Assembly (NCBI GenBank): GCA_963422645.2
Contig: CAXXVO010000014.1
Location: 64,001-128,000, forward strand
Source: Alphaproteobacteria bacterium
Lineage (GTDB): Bacteria > Pseudomonadota > Alphaproteobacteria > UBA828
Direction: 5' to 3'
Length of the DNA stretch: 64,000 bases
Position 1 is the stretch's first letter. Each line of letters starts with the position of its first letter. This document shows, piece after piece, positions 22,192-35,464 of the stretch. The notes under the pieces are model-generated. The model worked only from the letters and a program-made list of their open reading frames with translations. It was not told where the DNA came from and searched no databases. The position numbers and the translations under genes were made by a program.

Positions 22192-22983
22192 GTGAGCGAC
22201 GAGATCCGCCTGGAGGTCGCGGAGCGTGTCGCGACGATCACGCTCAACCGGCCGCACAGGCGCAACGCCTTCACCCGCTCCATGATCGATGCCTGGGCCG
22301 CGGCGCTTGCGGACTGTCGCGACCGCGCGGATGTGCACGTGGTGGTGGTGACCGGGGCCGGCAAGGCCTTTTGCAGCGGCGGCGACATCAAGGAGCTGAT
22401 GGGGGAGGGGCTGGAGCAGGCGCCGGCCGAGCAGCGCGCGACGATCGGCGAGCACGTGCATCGCATCCCGCTCACCCTCGCCGACATGGACAAGCCGGTG
22501 ATCGCGGCGATCAATGGTGCCGCCATCGGCGCCGGCCTCGACCTCGCGCTCGCGATGGACCTGCGCTTCGCTGCGGCCTCGGCCAAGTTTGCCGAGACCT
22601 ACGTCAAGGTCGGGCTCGCACCGGGCGCCGGCGGTGCGCACTGGCTGCCGCGGCTGGTGGGCCAGGCCAAGGCGCTGGAGCTGCTGTGGACGGGCGTGGC
22701 CATCGACGCGGTGGAAGCCGAGCGCATCGGTCTCGTCAACCGGGCCTGCGCAGACGACGAGCTGATGCCGCAAACCATGGAGCTCGCGCGCCGCCTGGCG
22801 GACGGACCGACTTTGGCCATCCGCGCCATCAAGCGGCTGGTGCGCGACGGCATCGGCGGCGATCTGCGCGCCGGGTTGGACAGGGCCTCTGCCACCTACG
22901 GCGTGCTCGGCGCTACCGAGGATCACCGCGAGGCGGTGAGGGCCTTCATCGAGAAGCGCACGCCGCGCTTCCAGGGGCGGTAG
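22192..22983 (+). CDS. Enoyl-CoA hydratase/isomerase family protein
   Basis: ITLNRP, AFCSGGDI, KPVIAAINGAAIGAG, DHREAVRAFIEKRTPRFQGR; GTG start after AAAAGGAG RBS. Confidence 0.94.
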   Translation: MSDEIRLEVAERVATITLNRPHRRNAFTRSMIDAWAAALADCRDRADVHVVVVTGAGKAFCSGGDIKELMGEGLEQAPAEQRATIGEHVHRIPLTLADMDKPVIAAINGAAIGAGLDLALAMDLRFAAASAKFAETYVKVGLAPGAGGAHWLPRLVGQAKALELLWTGVAIDAVEAERIGLVNRACADDELMPQTMELARRLADGPTLAIRAIKRLVRDGIGGDLRAGLDRASATYGVLGATEDHREAVRAFIEKRTPRFQGR

Positions 22984-26091
<3,108 letters not shown>

Positions 26092-26179
26092 TTCGGCGGT
26101 CGAACGCTCGGCGTCCGGTCGTTTAGGCCGGCACTGCTGTCTTGACAGCGGCCGGCGCCGGCGTTGATGTCGTACTGCC

Positions 26180-26521
26180 ATGGCCGAGCGATTCGCGCGC
26201 GTTCGCTACCGGACGATCATCGTGCTGCTCACCTGCGCGCTGGGCCTGCTCTATGTCGGCTACCAGAGCGTGCAGGGCGAGCGCGGGCTGCTCGGGTGGA
26301 TCGAGCGCTCTGCCGAGGCCGAGCGGACCCGCGCCGAGGTGGCCGCGCTCGCCGAGGAGCGGCGCAAGCTGGAGCGCCGCGTCTCTCAGCTTAGGGCCGA
26401 GAGTCTGGACCTCGACCTGCTCGACCAGGAGGCCCGCCGCACGCTCAACCTGGGCCACCCGGATGAGGAGGTGCTGTTCCACGACGGGCCGGCGCAACCC
26501 GCGCCTGCTCCCGGCGAGTAG
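26180..26521 (+). CDS. ftsB: Septum formation initiator FtsB/DivIC
   Basis: TM helix, GERGL, coiled coil, LDLDLLDQEARRTLNL; eno-ftsB-pdh synteny. Confidence 0.85.
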   Translation: MAERFARVRYRTIIVLLTCALGLLYVGYQSVQGERGLLGWIERSAEAERTRAEVAALAEERRKLERRVSQLRAESLDLDLLDQEARRTLNLGHPDEEVLFHDGPAQPAPAPGE

Positions 26522-26672
26522 CGCGCCCTCGACTGAGAGCCTGAAGTGCTTGCCATGGCAAGCACTAATCGCCTTGCCCTTGTCAGTCCGCCGCGTTTGA
26601 CCTAGCGTGCCTTGAAGTTCCGCGCCAGCCGATTACGTGACGGGTGGAGCGGGCGTCGGACGCGAGGAAGAG

Positions 26673-27692
26673 ATGGCGACTGCCAGGAAACGGGCCCGGA
26701 GCGGGACGGCACCCGCTCGCGAGGCCGCGATGGAGCCGGAGACGCTGCATCGCGCGTTCCGCGACATGCTGCTGCTCCGCCGCTTTGAGGAGAAGGCCAG
26801 CCAGCTCTACGGCATGGGGCTGATCGGGGGCTTCTGCCACCTCTATATCGGGCAGGAGGCGGTGGTCACGGGCATTCAGTACGCGCTCGGGCCGGGCGAT
26901 TCGGTCATCACGGGCTATCGCTGCCACGCCCACATGCTGATCGCCGGCGTGCCTCCCAGGGAGGTCATGGCGGAGCTCACCGGGCGCGCCGCCGGTGCGT
27001 CCAAGGGCAAGGGCGGCTCGATGCACCTCTTCGCGCCCGAGAGCGGTTTTTACGGCGGCCACGGCATCGTCGGCGCCCAGGTGCCGCTCGGCGTCGGCCT
27101 CGGCTTCGCCCACAAGTACCGTTCCTCGGACCGGGTCTCCGTCACCTATTTCGGCGACGGTGCGGCCAATCAGGGCCAGGTGTTCGAGGCCTTCAACATG
27201 GCGGCGCTCTGGCAGCTCCCGGTCCTCTTCGTAATCGAAAACAACCAGTACGCCATGGGGACCTCGGTCGAGCGCTCCGCAGCGGTATCGGAGTTGCACG
27301 AGCGCGGCGCGGCCTTCGGTATTCCCGGCGGGCGGGTCGACGGCATGGACGTGGCGGCCGTGTATCAGGCGGCCGAGGAGGCGGTCGCTGGCCTGCGGGC
27401 GGGCAACGGGCCGCTGCTGCTCGAAATGATGACCTACCGCTACCGCGGCCACTCGATGTCCGATCCGGCCAAGTACCGAAGCCGCGATGAGGTCAGCAAG
27501 GTCCGCAAGGAGCGCGATGCGATCGAGCAGGCGCGTCAGGCCCTGATCGAAGGCGGCCACGCCGACGAGGACGCGCTCAAGGAGATCGACCGGGAGATCA
27601 AGGCCATCGTCAACGACGCCGCCGATTTCGCTCAAGGCGCGCCTGAGCCCGCTCCGGTTTCGCTCGAGGCCGATGTCGTGGCCCGCGTCTGA
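26673..27692 (+). CDS. pdhA: Pyruvate dehydrogenase E1 alpha
   Basis: [43 protein letters not shown]. Confidence 0.97.
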   Translation: MATARKRARSGTAPAREAAMEPETLHRAFRDMLLLRRFEEKASQLYGMGLIGGFCHLYIGQEAVVTGIQYALGPGDSVITGYRCHAHMLIAGVPPREVMAELTGRAAGASKGKGGSMHLFAPESGFYGGHGIVGAQVPLGVGLGFAHKYRSSDRVSVTYFGDGAANQGQVFEAFNMAALWQLPVLFVIENNQYAMGTSVERSAAVSELHERGAAFGIPGGRVDGMDVAAVYQAAEEAVAGLRAGNGPLLLEMMTYRYRGHSMSDPAKYRSRDEVSKVRKERDAIEQARQALIEGGHADEDALKEIDREIKAIVNDAADFAQGAPEPAPVSLEADVVARV

Positions 27693-27723
27693 CGCTTACG
27701 CTTACACGGAAGACCCGCGACTC

Positions 27724-28707
27724 ATGGCACTGCAGACCGTTCGAGAGGCGCTTCGCGACGCGATGGCGGAGGAGATGCGGGCCGACCCCGATGTCTTCCT
27801 CATGGGCGAGGAGGTGGCGGAGTATCAGGGCGCCTACAAGGTAAGCCAAGGCCTGCTCGACGAGTTCGGTGCGGCCCGTGTGATCGACACGCCCATCACC
27901 GAAGCCGGATTCGCCGGCATCGGCGTCGGCGCCGCCATGGGCGGACTCAAGCCTATCGTCGAGTTCATGACCTTCAACTTCGCCATGCAGGCGATGGACC
28001 ATCTGATCAACTCGGCCGCGAAAACGCTCTACATGTCGGGCGGCCTGCTGCCGGTGCCGGTGGTGTTCCGCGGGCCCAACGGCGCCGCCGCACGGGTCGC
28101 AGCCCAGCACTCCCAGTGCTATGCGAGCTGGTTCGCCCATGTGCCGGGCTGGCGGGTGATCGCGCCCTATTCGGCGGCCGACGCCAAGGGGCTGCTGAAG
28201 GCCGCCATCCGCGACCCCAACCCGGTGGTGTTTCTCGAGAACGAGCTGCTCTACGGCCAGAGCTTCGAAGTGCCAGAGGGCAACGATCACCTGGTGCCCA
28301 TCGGCAAGGCCACCGTCGCGCGCACCGGCAGCGATGTTACCGTCGCCGCCTTCTCGATCATGGTGGGACGCGCGCTGGAGGCCGCTGAGACTCTCTCCGC
28401 GGAGGGCATCGAAGCCGAGATCATCGACCTGCGCTCGCTCCGTCCGCTCGACGGTGCGGCGGTGCTGGCCTCGGTGGAGAAGACCAACCGCCTGGTCACG
28501 GTGGAGGAAGGCTGGCCCTTCGCCGGCATCGGCGCCGAGGTCGCCGCTCTGGTCATGGAGCAGGCGTTCGACATGCTCGATGCGCCGGTCGCGCGTGTCT
28601 CGGGCGCCGACGCGCCGATGCCTTACGCCGCTAATCTGGAAGCTGCGACCCTTCCGGGCGCGAAAGACATCGCCGACGCCGTCCGCCGCGTCTGCTACAG
28701 AAGTTAG
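27724..28707 (+). CDS. pdhB: Pyruvate dehydrogenase E1 beta (no N-terminal lipoyl domain)
   Basis: [44 protein letters not shown]. Confidence 0.97.
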   Translation: MALQTVREALRDAMAEEMRADPDVFLMGEEVAEYQGAYKVSQGLLDEFGAARVIDTPITEAGFAGIGVGAAMGGLKPIVEFMTFNFAMQAMDHLINSAAKTLYMSGGLLPVPVVFRGPNGAAARVAAQHSQCYASWFAHVPGWRVIAPYSAADAKGLLKAAIRDPNPVVFLENELLYGQSFEVPEGNDHLVPIGKATVARTGSDVTVAAFSIMVGRALEAAETLSAEGIEAEIIDLRSLRPLDGAAVLASVEKTNRLVTVEEGWPFAGIGAEVAALVMEQAFDMLDAPVARVSGADAPMPYAANLEAATLPGAKDIADAVRRVCYRS

Positions 28708-28716
28708 GGAGGCACC

Positions 28717-30063
28717 ATGCCGATCCAGATCCTCATGCCGGCCCTCTCGCCGACGATGACCGAGGGCAACGTCGCGAGCTGGCTCAAGAACGAGGGGGAC
28801 TCCGTCCAGGCCGGCGATATTCTGTGCGAGATCGAGACCGACAAGGCGACCATGGAGGTGGAGGCGACCGACGAAGGCACACTTGCCAGGATCGTCGCTC
28901 CCGCCGGCTCCGAAGGGGTGCCGGTGAACGCGGTCATCGGGCTGATCCTGGAGGAGGGCGAGGACACATCCGCGCTCGAGGGCGCGGAGGCTGCCGCCCC
29001 CGCTGCAGCTGCACTCGCAGCCCCGGCGGCTGAGGCCGCAACCGAATCCGCGCCGGCGGCAAGTGCAGCGGCTGCGCCGGCGGTGCCGGCACCGTCGCCC
29101 GGCGGCAACGGCGCCACGCCGCCCGCGCCCGGGCGCGATCCCGGCGCACGCATCTTCGTGAGCCCGCTGGCGCGCCGCATGGCCAAGCAGGCCGGCCTCG
29201 CGCTGGAGGCAATCGCCGGCACCGGCCCGAACGGGCGCATCGTCAAGGTCGATGTCGAGGCGGCCATCGCCGCCGCCGCGGCCGCGCCGGCCGCTGCTGC
29301 GGCACCCGCCCCTGCGGCGGCCGCAGCCCCCGCCGCTGCCCCGGCCCCGGTGGTCGCTCCCGCGGCCCCTGCCGCCGCGTACCAGGACACGCCGGCGAGC
29401 ACCATGCGCAAGGTCATCGCGCAACGGCTACAGGAGGCGAAGCGCGAGGTCCCGCACTTCTATCTGACCATCGATTGCGCAGTCGATGCGCTGCTGGAGA
29501 CCCGCGCGCAGCTCAACGAACGCTCCGACGCCTACAGCCTCTCGGTCAACGACTTCGTGATCCGTGCCGCGGCGCTCGCGCTGCGCAAGGTCCCGGCCGC
29601 CAATGCGTCGTGGGTCGACGGTGCGCTCCGCCAATACACGAGCGCCGATGTCTCGGTGGCCGTGGCCATCGAGGATGGGCTGGTGACGCCCATCGTGCGC
29701 AACGCCGACGCCAAGGGGCTGGCCGAGATTTCCGCCGAGGTGAAGGAGCTCGCCGGGCGCGCCCGGGCCAAGCCCATGGGGCTCGCGCCGCAGGAGTATC
29801 AGGGCGGCACCTTCAGCGTCTCCAATCTCGGCATGTACGGCATCAAGGAGTTCGCGGCGATCATCAACCCGCCACAATCCATGATCCTCGCCGTCGGCAC
29901 CGCCGAGCAGCGGCCGGTGGTCAAGGACGGCGCGCTTGCCGTCGCGACCATGATGTCGTGCACGCTCTCGGTCGATCACCGGGTGGTCGACGGCGCGCTC
30001 GGCGCCCAATTCCTGCAGGCGTTCAAGGGCCTGATCGAAGACCCGCTCACCATGCTTCTCTAG
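28717..30063 (+). CDS. pdhC: Pyruvate dehydrogenase E2, dihydrolipoamide acetyltransferase
   Basis: MPALSPTM, EIETDKA lipoyl site, SPLARR E3-binding domain, DHRVVDG. Confidence 0.97.
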   Translation: MPIQILMPALSPTMTEGNVASWLKNEGDSVQAGDILCEIETDKATMEVEATDEGTLARIVAPAGSEGVPVNAVIGLILEEGEDTSALEGAEAAAPAAAALAAPAAEAATESAPAASAAAAPAVPAPSPGGNGATPPAPGRDPGARIFVSPLARRMAKQAGLALEAIAGTGPNGRIVKVDVEAAIAAAAAAPAAAAAPAPAAAAAPAAAPAPVVAPAAPAAAYQDTPASTMRKVIAQRLQEAKREVPHFYLTIDCAVDALLETRAQLNERSDAYSLSVNDFVIRAAALALRKVPAANASWVDGALRQYTSADVSVAVAIEDGLVTPIVRNADAKGLAEISAEVKELAGRARAKPMGLAPQEYQGGTFSVSNLGMYGIKEFAAIINPPQSMILAVGTAEQRPVVKDGALAVATMMSCTLSVDHRVVDGALGAQFLQAFKGLIEDPLTMLL

Positions 30064-30112
30064 CGGGAGCCGGCCTCGCCGGCCCCTCACCCATACCAGA
30101 CCGGAGGACATC

Positions 30113-31516
30113 ATGGCCGATCCGTCCTTTGACGTTGTCATCGTCGGCAGCGGCCCCGGCGGCTATGTCGCTGCGATCCGCGCCAGCCAGCTCGGCCTGA
30201 AGACTGCCGTGGTCGAGCGCGAGCACCTCGGCGGCATCTGCCTCAACTGGGGCTGCATCCCGACCAAGGCGCTGCTCCGGGTCTCGGAACTGCGCCACAC
30301 CCTCGACCGGCTCGGCGATTTCGGCATCAGCGTGGGCGAGGTCTCGGTCGATATCGAGAAAGTCGTCGCCCGTTCGCGCAAGGTCGCCGATCAGCTCTCC
30401 CACGGCGTCGCTTACCTGATGAAGAAGAACGGCATCACGGTCATCGAAGGCCACGCCCGGCTCGCAGGCGCCGGCGCCCTTGAGGTCACGAAGGAGGACG
30501 GGGAGGCCGAGGCGATCCGCGCCGCGCACATCATCCTCGCCACCGGAGCGCGGGCGCGGGTGCTGCCGGGTTTGGAGCCAGACGGTGAGACGATCTGGAC
30601 CTACAAGGAAGCGATGGTTCCTGCCGCGCACCCGGCATCGCTGCTGGTGATCGGCGCCGGCGCCATCGGCATGGAGTTCGCGAGCTTCTACGCCGACCTC
30701 GGCAGCGCCGTCACCGTGGTCGAGATCCTGCCGCGCGTGCTGCCCGTGGAGGACGAGGAAATCTCGGCTGCCGCCCTCAAGGCCTTCGAAGCCCAAGGCA
30801 TGACCATCCACACCGGCGCGCGGGTGAACAGCCTCGCGGCGAAGGGCGGCGTGGTGCAGGCCGCCATCGAGACTGCAGACGGCAAGACCGAGAACGTCAC
30901 GTTCAACCGCGCGATTCTCGCCGCCGGCATCGTCGGCAACGTCGAGGACATCGGGCTGGAGGGCACCGGCGTCGTGGTCGAGAAGGGCCATATCCAGACC
31001 GACCCCTGGATGGCGACGGGCGAGCCCGGTGTCTACGCAATCGGCGATGTAACAGGTCCGCCCTGGCTCGCCCACAAGGCCAGTCACGAGGGCGTGCTCT
31101 GCGTGGAGAAGATTGCGGGCGTGGAAGGCGTGCACCCGCTGGACACCAGCCGCGTGCCGGCCTGCACTTACTGCCGGCCCCAGGTCGCCTCGGTCGGGCT
31201 TAGCGAAGCCGCCGCGAAGGAGGCAGGGCACGCGGTCAGGGTCGGGCGCTTCCCCTTCATCGGCAACGGCAAGGCGATCGCCCTCGGCGAGCCCGAAGGC
31301 ATGGTCAAGACCGTGTTCGACGAGGCGACCGGAGAGCTGCTCGGCGCCCACATGATCGGCACCGAGGTGACCGAGCTGATCCAGGGCTACACGGTCGCCC
31401 GCGCGCTGGAGTGCACCGAGGCCGACCTTGTCGAGACGATCTTCCCGCACCCCACATTATCCGAGGCGATGCACGAATCGGTGCTTGACGCCTATGGGCG
31501 CGTCATCCACATCTAG
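30113..31516 (+). CDS. lpdA: Dihydrolipoamide dehydrogenase
   Basis: GSGPGGY, GGICLNWGCIPTK, GAGAIG, HPTLSE. Confidence 0.97.
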   Translation: MADPSFDVVIVGSGPGGYVAAIRASQLGLKTAVVEREHLGGICLNWGCIPTKALLRVSELRHTLDRLGDFGISVGEVSVDIEKVVARSRKVADQLSHGVAYLMKKNGITVIEGHARLAGAGALEVTKEDGEAEAIRAAHIILATGARARVLPGLEPDGETIWTYKEAMVPAAHPASLLVIGAGAIGMEFASFYADLGSAVTVVEILPRVLPVEDEEISAAALKAFEAQGMTIHTGARVNSLAAKGGVVQAAIETADGKTENVTFNRAILAAGIVGNVEDIGLEGTGVVVEKGHIQTDPWMATGEPGVYAIGDVTGPPWLAHKASHEGVLCVEKIAGVEGVHPLDTSRVPACTYCRPQVASVGLSEAAAKEAGHAVRVGRFPFIGNGKAIALGEPEGMVKTVFDEATGELLGAHMIGTEVTELIQGYTVARALECTEADLVETIFPHPTLSEAMHESVLDAYGRVIHI

Positions 31517-31537
31517 GCGGTAACCGGGGAGTTGCTC

Positions 31538-32476
31538 ATGCCTGAGTCGCAGGTCACACCGCTGAAGTCGCGTAGCGACCGCGAACCCAAGCCGCGCTGG
31601 CTCCGGGTCAAGGCGCCGACCTCGCCCGAATACAACGCGACGCGAAAGCTGATGCGCACGCACCGGCTGAACACCGTGTGCGAGGAGGCCGCCTGCCCCA
31701 ATATCGGCGAGTGCTGGGCCAAGGGCCACGCGACGGTGATGATCCTGGGCTCGGTCTGCACCCGCGCCTGCGCCTTCTGTAACATCGCGACCGGCCGGCC
31801 CGATCAGCTCGATCCGCACGAGCCCGACGAACTCGCGCAGGCGGTCGGTGCGCTCGGCCTCGACCACGTCGTCATTACCTCGGTCGACCGCGACGATCTC
31901 GACGACGGCGGCGCCTTCCAGTTCGTGCGCTGTATCGAGCGGCTGCGCGAGACCGCGCCCGAGACCACCATCGAGGTGCTGACGCCGGACTTCCGCAACA
32001 AGCCCGGCGCCATCGAGGCGGTGACGGACGCGAAGCCCGACGTCTACAACCACAACCTGGAGACGGTGCCGCGCCTCTATACCGAGGTGAGGCCCGGCGC
32101 GCGCTACTATCACTCGCTCCGCCTGCTGGACACGGTGAAGCGCCGCGATCCCTCGATTTTCACCAAGTCCGGCGTCATGGTGGGCCTCGGCGAGGAGCGC
32201 CGCGAGATCCTCCAGGTGATGGACGATCTGCGTTCGGCGGACGTGGATTTCTTGACCATCGGCCAGTACCTGCGCCCGACCGAGCGTCATCACGAAGTGA
32301 TGCGCTACGTCACACCGGACGAGTTCGCCGAATACGAGCGGCTGGCCTACGCCAAGGGCTTCCTGATGGTCTCGTCCTCGCCGCTCACGCGCTCCTCCTA
32401 CCACGCCGGCGACGACTTCCAGACCCTGCGGGCCAACCGCGAGGTCAAGCTCGCTGCCGCTTCCGCCGACTCTTGA
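31538..32476 (+). CDS. lipA: Lipoyl synthase
   Basis: [29 protein letters not shown]. Confidence 0.97.
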   Translation: MPESQVTPLKSRSDREPKPRWLRVKAPTSPEYNATRKLMRTHRLNTVCEEAACPNIGECWAKGHATVMILGSVCTRACAFCNIATGRPDQLDPHEPDELAQAVGALGLDHVVITSVDRDDLDDGGAFQFVRCIERLRETAPETTIEVLTPDFRNKPGAIEAVTDAKPDVYNHNLETVPRLYTEVRPGARYYHSLRLLDTVKRRDPSIFTKSGVMVGLGEERREILQVMDDLRSADVDFLTIGQYLRPTERHHEVMRYVTPDEFAEYERLAYAKGFLMVSSSPLTRSSYHAGDDFQTLRANREVKLAAASADS

Positions 32477-32491
32477 GTACCCGCTTCGCCC

Positions 32492-32956
32492 ATGCCGCAG
32501 CACGTCGAGCGCCGCTTCCTGCCCTATAGCTCGGCCCAGATGTTCGATCTCGTGGCTGAGGTCGAGCGCTATCCCGAGTTCCTGCCCTGGTGCCTCGGGA
32601 CCCGCGTTACCAGGCGAGAGCCCGGCGAGCCCGGCATCGTGGAGGCCGACATGCTGATCGGCTTCATGATGTTTCGCGAGCGCTTCGGCTCACGGGTCCA
32701 GCTACACCGCGACGAGTACCGGATCGAGGTCAACTACACTCACGGGCCATTCCGCTACCTGATCAACCGCTGGCGCTTCGACGAGCGCAACGACGGCTGC
32801 GAGGTCGATTTCTTCGTCGATTTCGAGTTCCGCTCCAGGCTGCTCAAGCGCGTCATGGGCGGGCTCTTCGCCGATGCCGTGGACCGCATGGTGCGCGCCT
32901 TCGAAGTCCGCGCCCGGCAGCTCTACGGCACCCCGGCCGTCGAAGCAGCAGGCTAA
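32492..32956 (+). CDS. RatA/Coq10 START-domain protein
   Basis: FDLVAEVERYPEFLPWC, GPFRYLINRWRF, FEVRARQLYG; lipA-ratA synteny. Confidence 0.92.
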   Translation: MPQHVERRFLPYSSAQMFDLVAEVERYPEFLPWCLGTRVTRREPGEPGIVEADMLIGFMMFRERFGSRVQLHRDEYRIEVNYTHGPFRYLINRWRFDERNDGCEVDFFVDFEFRSRLLKRVMGGLFADAVDRMVRAFEVRARQLYGTPAVEAAG

Positions 32957-33024
32957 GGAACAGAGTCAATTCACTTCGCGCGCGTTCCCGGAGCCAGGCG
33001 GGACGCGGCGAGGGGAGGGCAGCC

Positions 33025-34545
33025 ATGGCGATCAAAGCACCCACCACCGACCAGATCGTCGAGGTCGGCACGCAGCTTGGCATGCACCTCAGCGAGGACG
33101 AGGCTGCCCAGTATCTCGCCGCAATGCAGCCCATGCTCGCGGGCTACGGCGTCGTGGACTCCATGGCGGACGAGCTGCCGGAGGTCAGATACCCGCGCGT
33201 TCCCGGCCACCGGCCCACGGGCGAGGAGAACCCACACAACGGCTGGTACTGGAAGACCGCCATCAAGGGCGCGGCGGGCGGAAAGCTCGCCGGCAAGCGG
33301 GTCGCGATCAAGGACAATGTCTGCGTCGCCGGCGTGCCGATGATGAACGGCGCCTCGGTTCTCGAAGGCTACGTGCCGGAGGTGGACGCCACCTTGGTGA
33401 GCCGCATCCTCGACGCGGGCGGCGAGATCGCGGGCAAGACCGCGTGCGAATACCTCTGCTTCTCCGGCGCGAGCCATACCAATGCAACCGGCCTTCCCGT
33501 GCACAACCCCTGGAAGCGGGGCTACACCTCCGGCGGCTCCTCGTCGGGCTCAGGCGCGGTGGTCGCGGCCGGCGACGTAGAGATGGCCATCGGCGGCGAC
33601 CAGGGCGGCTCGATCCGGATTCCTGCGTCCATGTGCGGCATCGTCGGGCTCAAGCCCACCCATGGCCTCGTGCCCTATACGGGCGTGATGCCCATCGAGC
33701 TCACCATCGATCACGTCGGGCCAATGACCGACACCGTCGCCAACAACGCGCTCCTGCTCGAGGCGACCGCCGGCGTCGACGGCCTCGACCCGCGCCAGAT
33801 TGGCGTGCCGGAGATCCCGTCCTATACGGCTGCGCTCGGCCAGGGCGCGGACGGGATGACCATCGGCGTCGTGACCGAAGGCTTCGGCCATCCCAACTCG
33901 GAGCCCGCCGTGGACCAGACGGTCCGCGCCGCCACCGCCCGGTACGAGGCGATCGGCGCCACCGTGCGCGAGATCAGCATCCCGGAGCATCTGGTCAGCG
34001 GCGCCGTCTGGACCCCGATCGGGCTCGAGGGCACGGTCGATTTCATGATCAACGGCAACGGCTTCGGCACCAACTGGAAGGGCCTCTTCGTCACCAGCCT
34101 GATCGACCGCTACGCCCGCTGGCGCGAGCGCGCGGACGAGTTCCCGCACACGCTGAAGTACGCGATCCTGCTCGGCCAATACATGCTGAACCAATACGGC
34201 GGGCGCTACTACGGCAAGGCGCAGAACATCGCCCGCCGCATTCGCGCGGCCCACGATCGGGCGCTCGACGAATGCGACGTACTGGTCATGCCGACGCTGC
34301 CGATCGTAGCGACGCCGATCGCGCCGGCGGACGCGCCGATCGACCTCTACATCCAGCGCGCCCACGAGATGCTGACCAACACCGCCTGCCACAACATCAC
34401 CGGCCACCCGGCGCTCACCATTCCATGCGGCCTGCACGACGGCTTGCCGGTCGGCCTCCAGCTGATCGGCAAGCACTTCGACGAAGCGACCATCTACCGC
34501 GCCGCCCACGCCTTCGAGCAGTCGGTCGACTGGAAGACGCTCTGA
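33025..34545 (+). CDS. Amidase (amidase signature family)
   Basis: IKDN, GGSSSGS, GGDQGGSIRIPAS, GLKPT. Confidence 0.95.
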   Translation: MAIKAPTTDQIVEVGTQLGMHLSEDEAAQYLAAMQPMLAGYGVVDSMADELPEVRYPRVPGHRPTGEENPHNGWYWKTAIKGAAGGKLAGKRVAIKDNVCVAGVPMMNGASVLEGYVPEVDATLVSRILDAGGEIAGKTACEYLCFSGASHTNATGLPVHNPWKRGYTSGGSSSGSGAVVAAGDVEMAIGGDQGGSIRIPASMCGIVGLKPTHGLVPYTGVMPIELTIDHVGPMTDTVANNALLLEATAGVDGLDPRQIGVPEIPSYTAALGQGADGMTIGVVTEGFGHPNSEPAVDQTVRAATARYEAIGATVREISIPEHLVSGAVWTPIGLEGTVDFMINGNGFGTNWKGLFVTSLIDRYARWRERADEFPHTLKYAILLGQYMLNQYGGRYYGKAQNIARRIRAAHDRALDECDVLVMPTLPIVATPIAPADAPIDLYIQRAHEMLTNTACHNITGHPALTIPCGLHDGLPVGLQLIGKHFDEATIYRAAHAFEQSVDWKTL

Positions 34546-34576
34546 CCGGCGGCAGCCACCCAAGGAGACCCAAGAG

Positions 34577-35209
34577 ATGAAGCTCTACGAATTTGCAATA
34601 GCGCCCGGCCCGCGCCGGGTGCGCATCTTCATCGCCGAGAAGGGGATCGAGATTCCCTCCGTCCAGATCAACACCCGCGAGCGGCAGCAGTTCACCGACG
34701 AGTACCGCGCCGTGAACCCCAACTGCGTGGTGCCCACGCTGGTGCTCGACGACGGCACCAGCATCGGCGAGACGGTGGCGATCTGCCGCTACCTGGAGGA
34801 GACCCATTCCGATCCCAACCTGATGGGCCGCGACGCCAAGGAGAAGGCGGTGATCGAGATGTGGAACCGGCAGGCGGAACTCGAGGGCTATCTGGCGGCC
34901 GTCGAAGCGGTGCGGAACAGCGCCCCGCTGTTCGAGGACCGCGGGGTGGCCGGCGTGACGGGCGGCGTTCCCCAGATTCCAGCACTGGCCGAGCGGGGCA
35001 AGCAATCCATGGGGCGCTTCTTCGCCAAGCTCGACCGCCGGCTTGCTGACAGCAGCCATCTCGCGGGCGACAGGTTCTCCATCGCCGACATCACTGCGTT
35101 CGTGACGATCGACTTCGCCAAGCGCGCCGAAATCGAGATCCCGGATGACTGCTCCAACGTCGCCCGCTGGTTCGCCGAGGTGGGCGCCCGGCCCAGCGCC
35201 GAGGCCTAA
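34577..35209 (+). CDS. Glutathione S-transferase family protein
   Basis: APGPRRVRIFIAEKG, NPNCVVPTL, ETVAICRYLE, FSIADI. Confidence 0.93.
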   Translation: MKLYEFAIAPGPRRVRIFIAEKGIEIPSVQINTRERQQFTDEYRAVNPNCVVPTLVLDDGTSIGETVAICRYLEETHSDPNLMGRDAKEKAVIEMWNRQAELEGYLAAVEAVRNSAPLFEDRGVAGVTGGVPQIPALAERGKQSMGRFFAKLDRRLADSSHLAGDRFSIADITAFVTIDFAKRAEIEIPDDCSNVARWFAEVGARPSAEA

Positions 35210-35464
35210 AGCGGCTTCAGCCCCGGGCCGAAGGTCCGGAGCGCGCGACTGCGCGCCGCGCCCAATGGCGCGTAGGCAAGCGAACGGAGTGAGCGCCCGC
35301 CGTTGAGGGAAATGACTAAACCAGCGCCCGGCGACTGAGGGAAATGATTGGTAACTGCCCAGGTCGTCTGATTTGTCATTTTGGGCCAGTGGATTGAGGC
35401 GTTTCTCGTTCGGAGTTGGTGGAAAGGGCTTGACGGGAATTTCGGGAAATGACTCAACAACGAC

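Noticed and set aside
28980-29380. GCC/GCG-rich low-complexity repeats
   Set aside because: Ordinary Ala/Pro linkers of PDH E2
32492-32956. RatA as a toxin-antitoxin toxin
   Set aside because: Coq10-like ubiquinone-binding START protein in standard lipA synteny; no antitoxin partner
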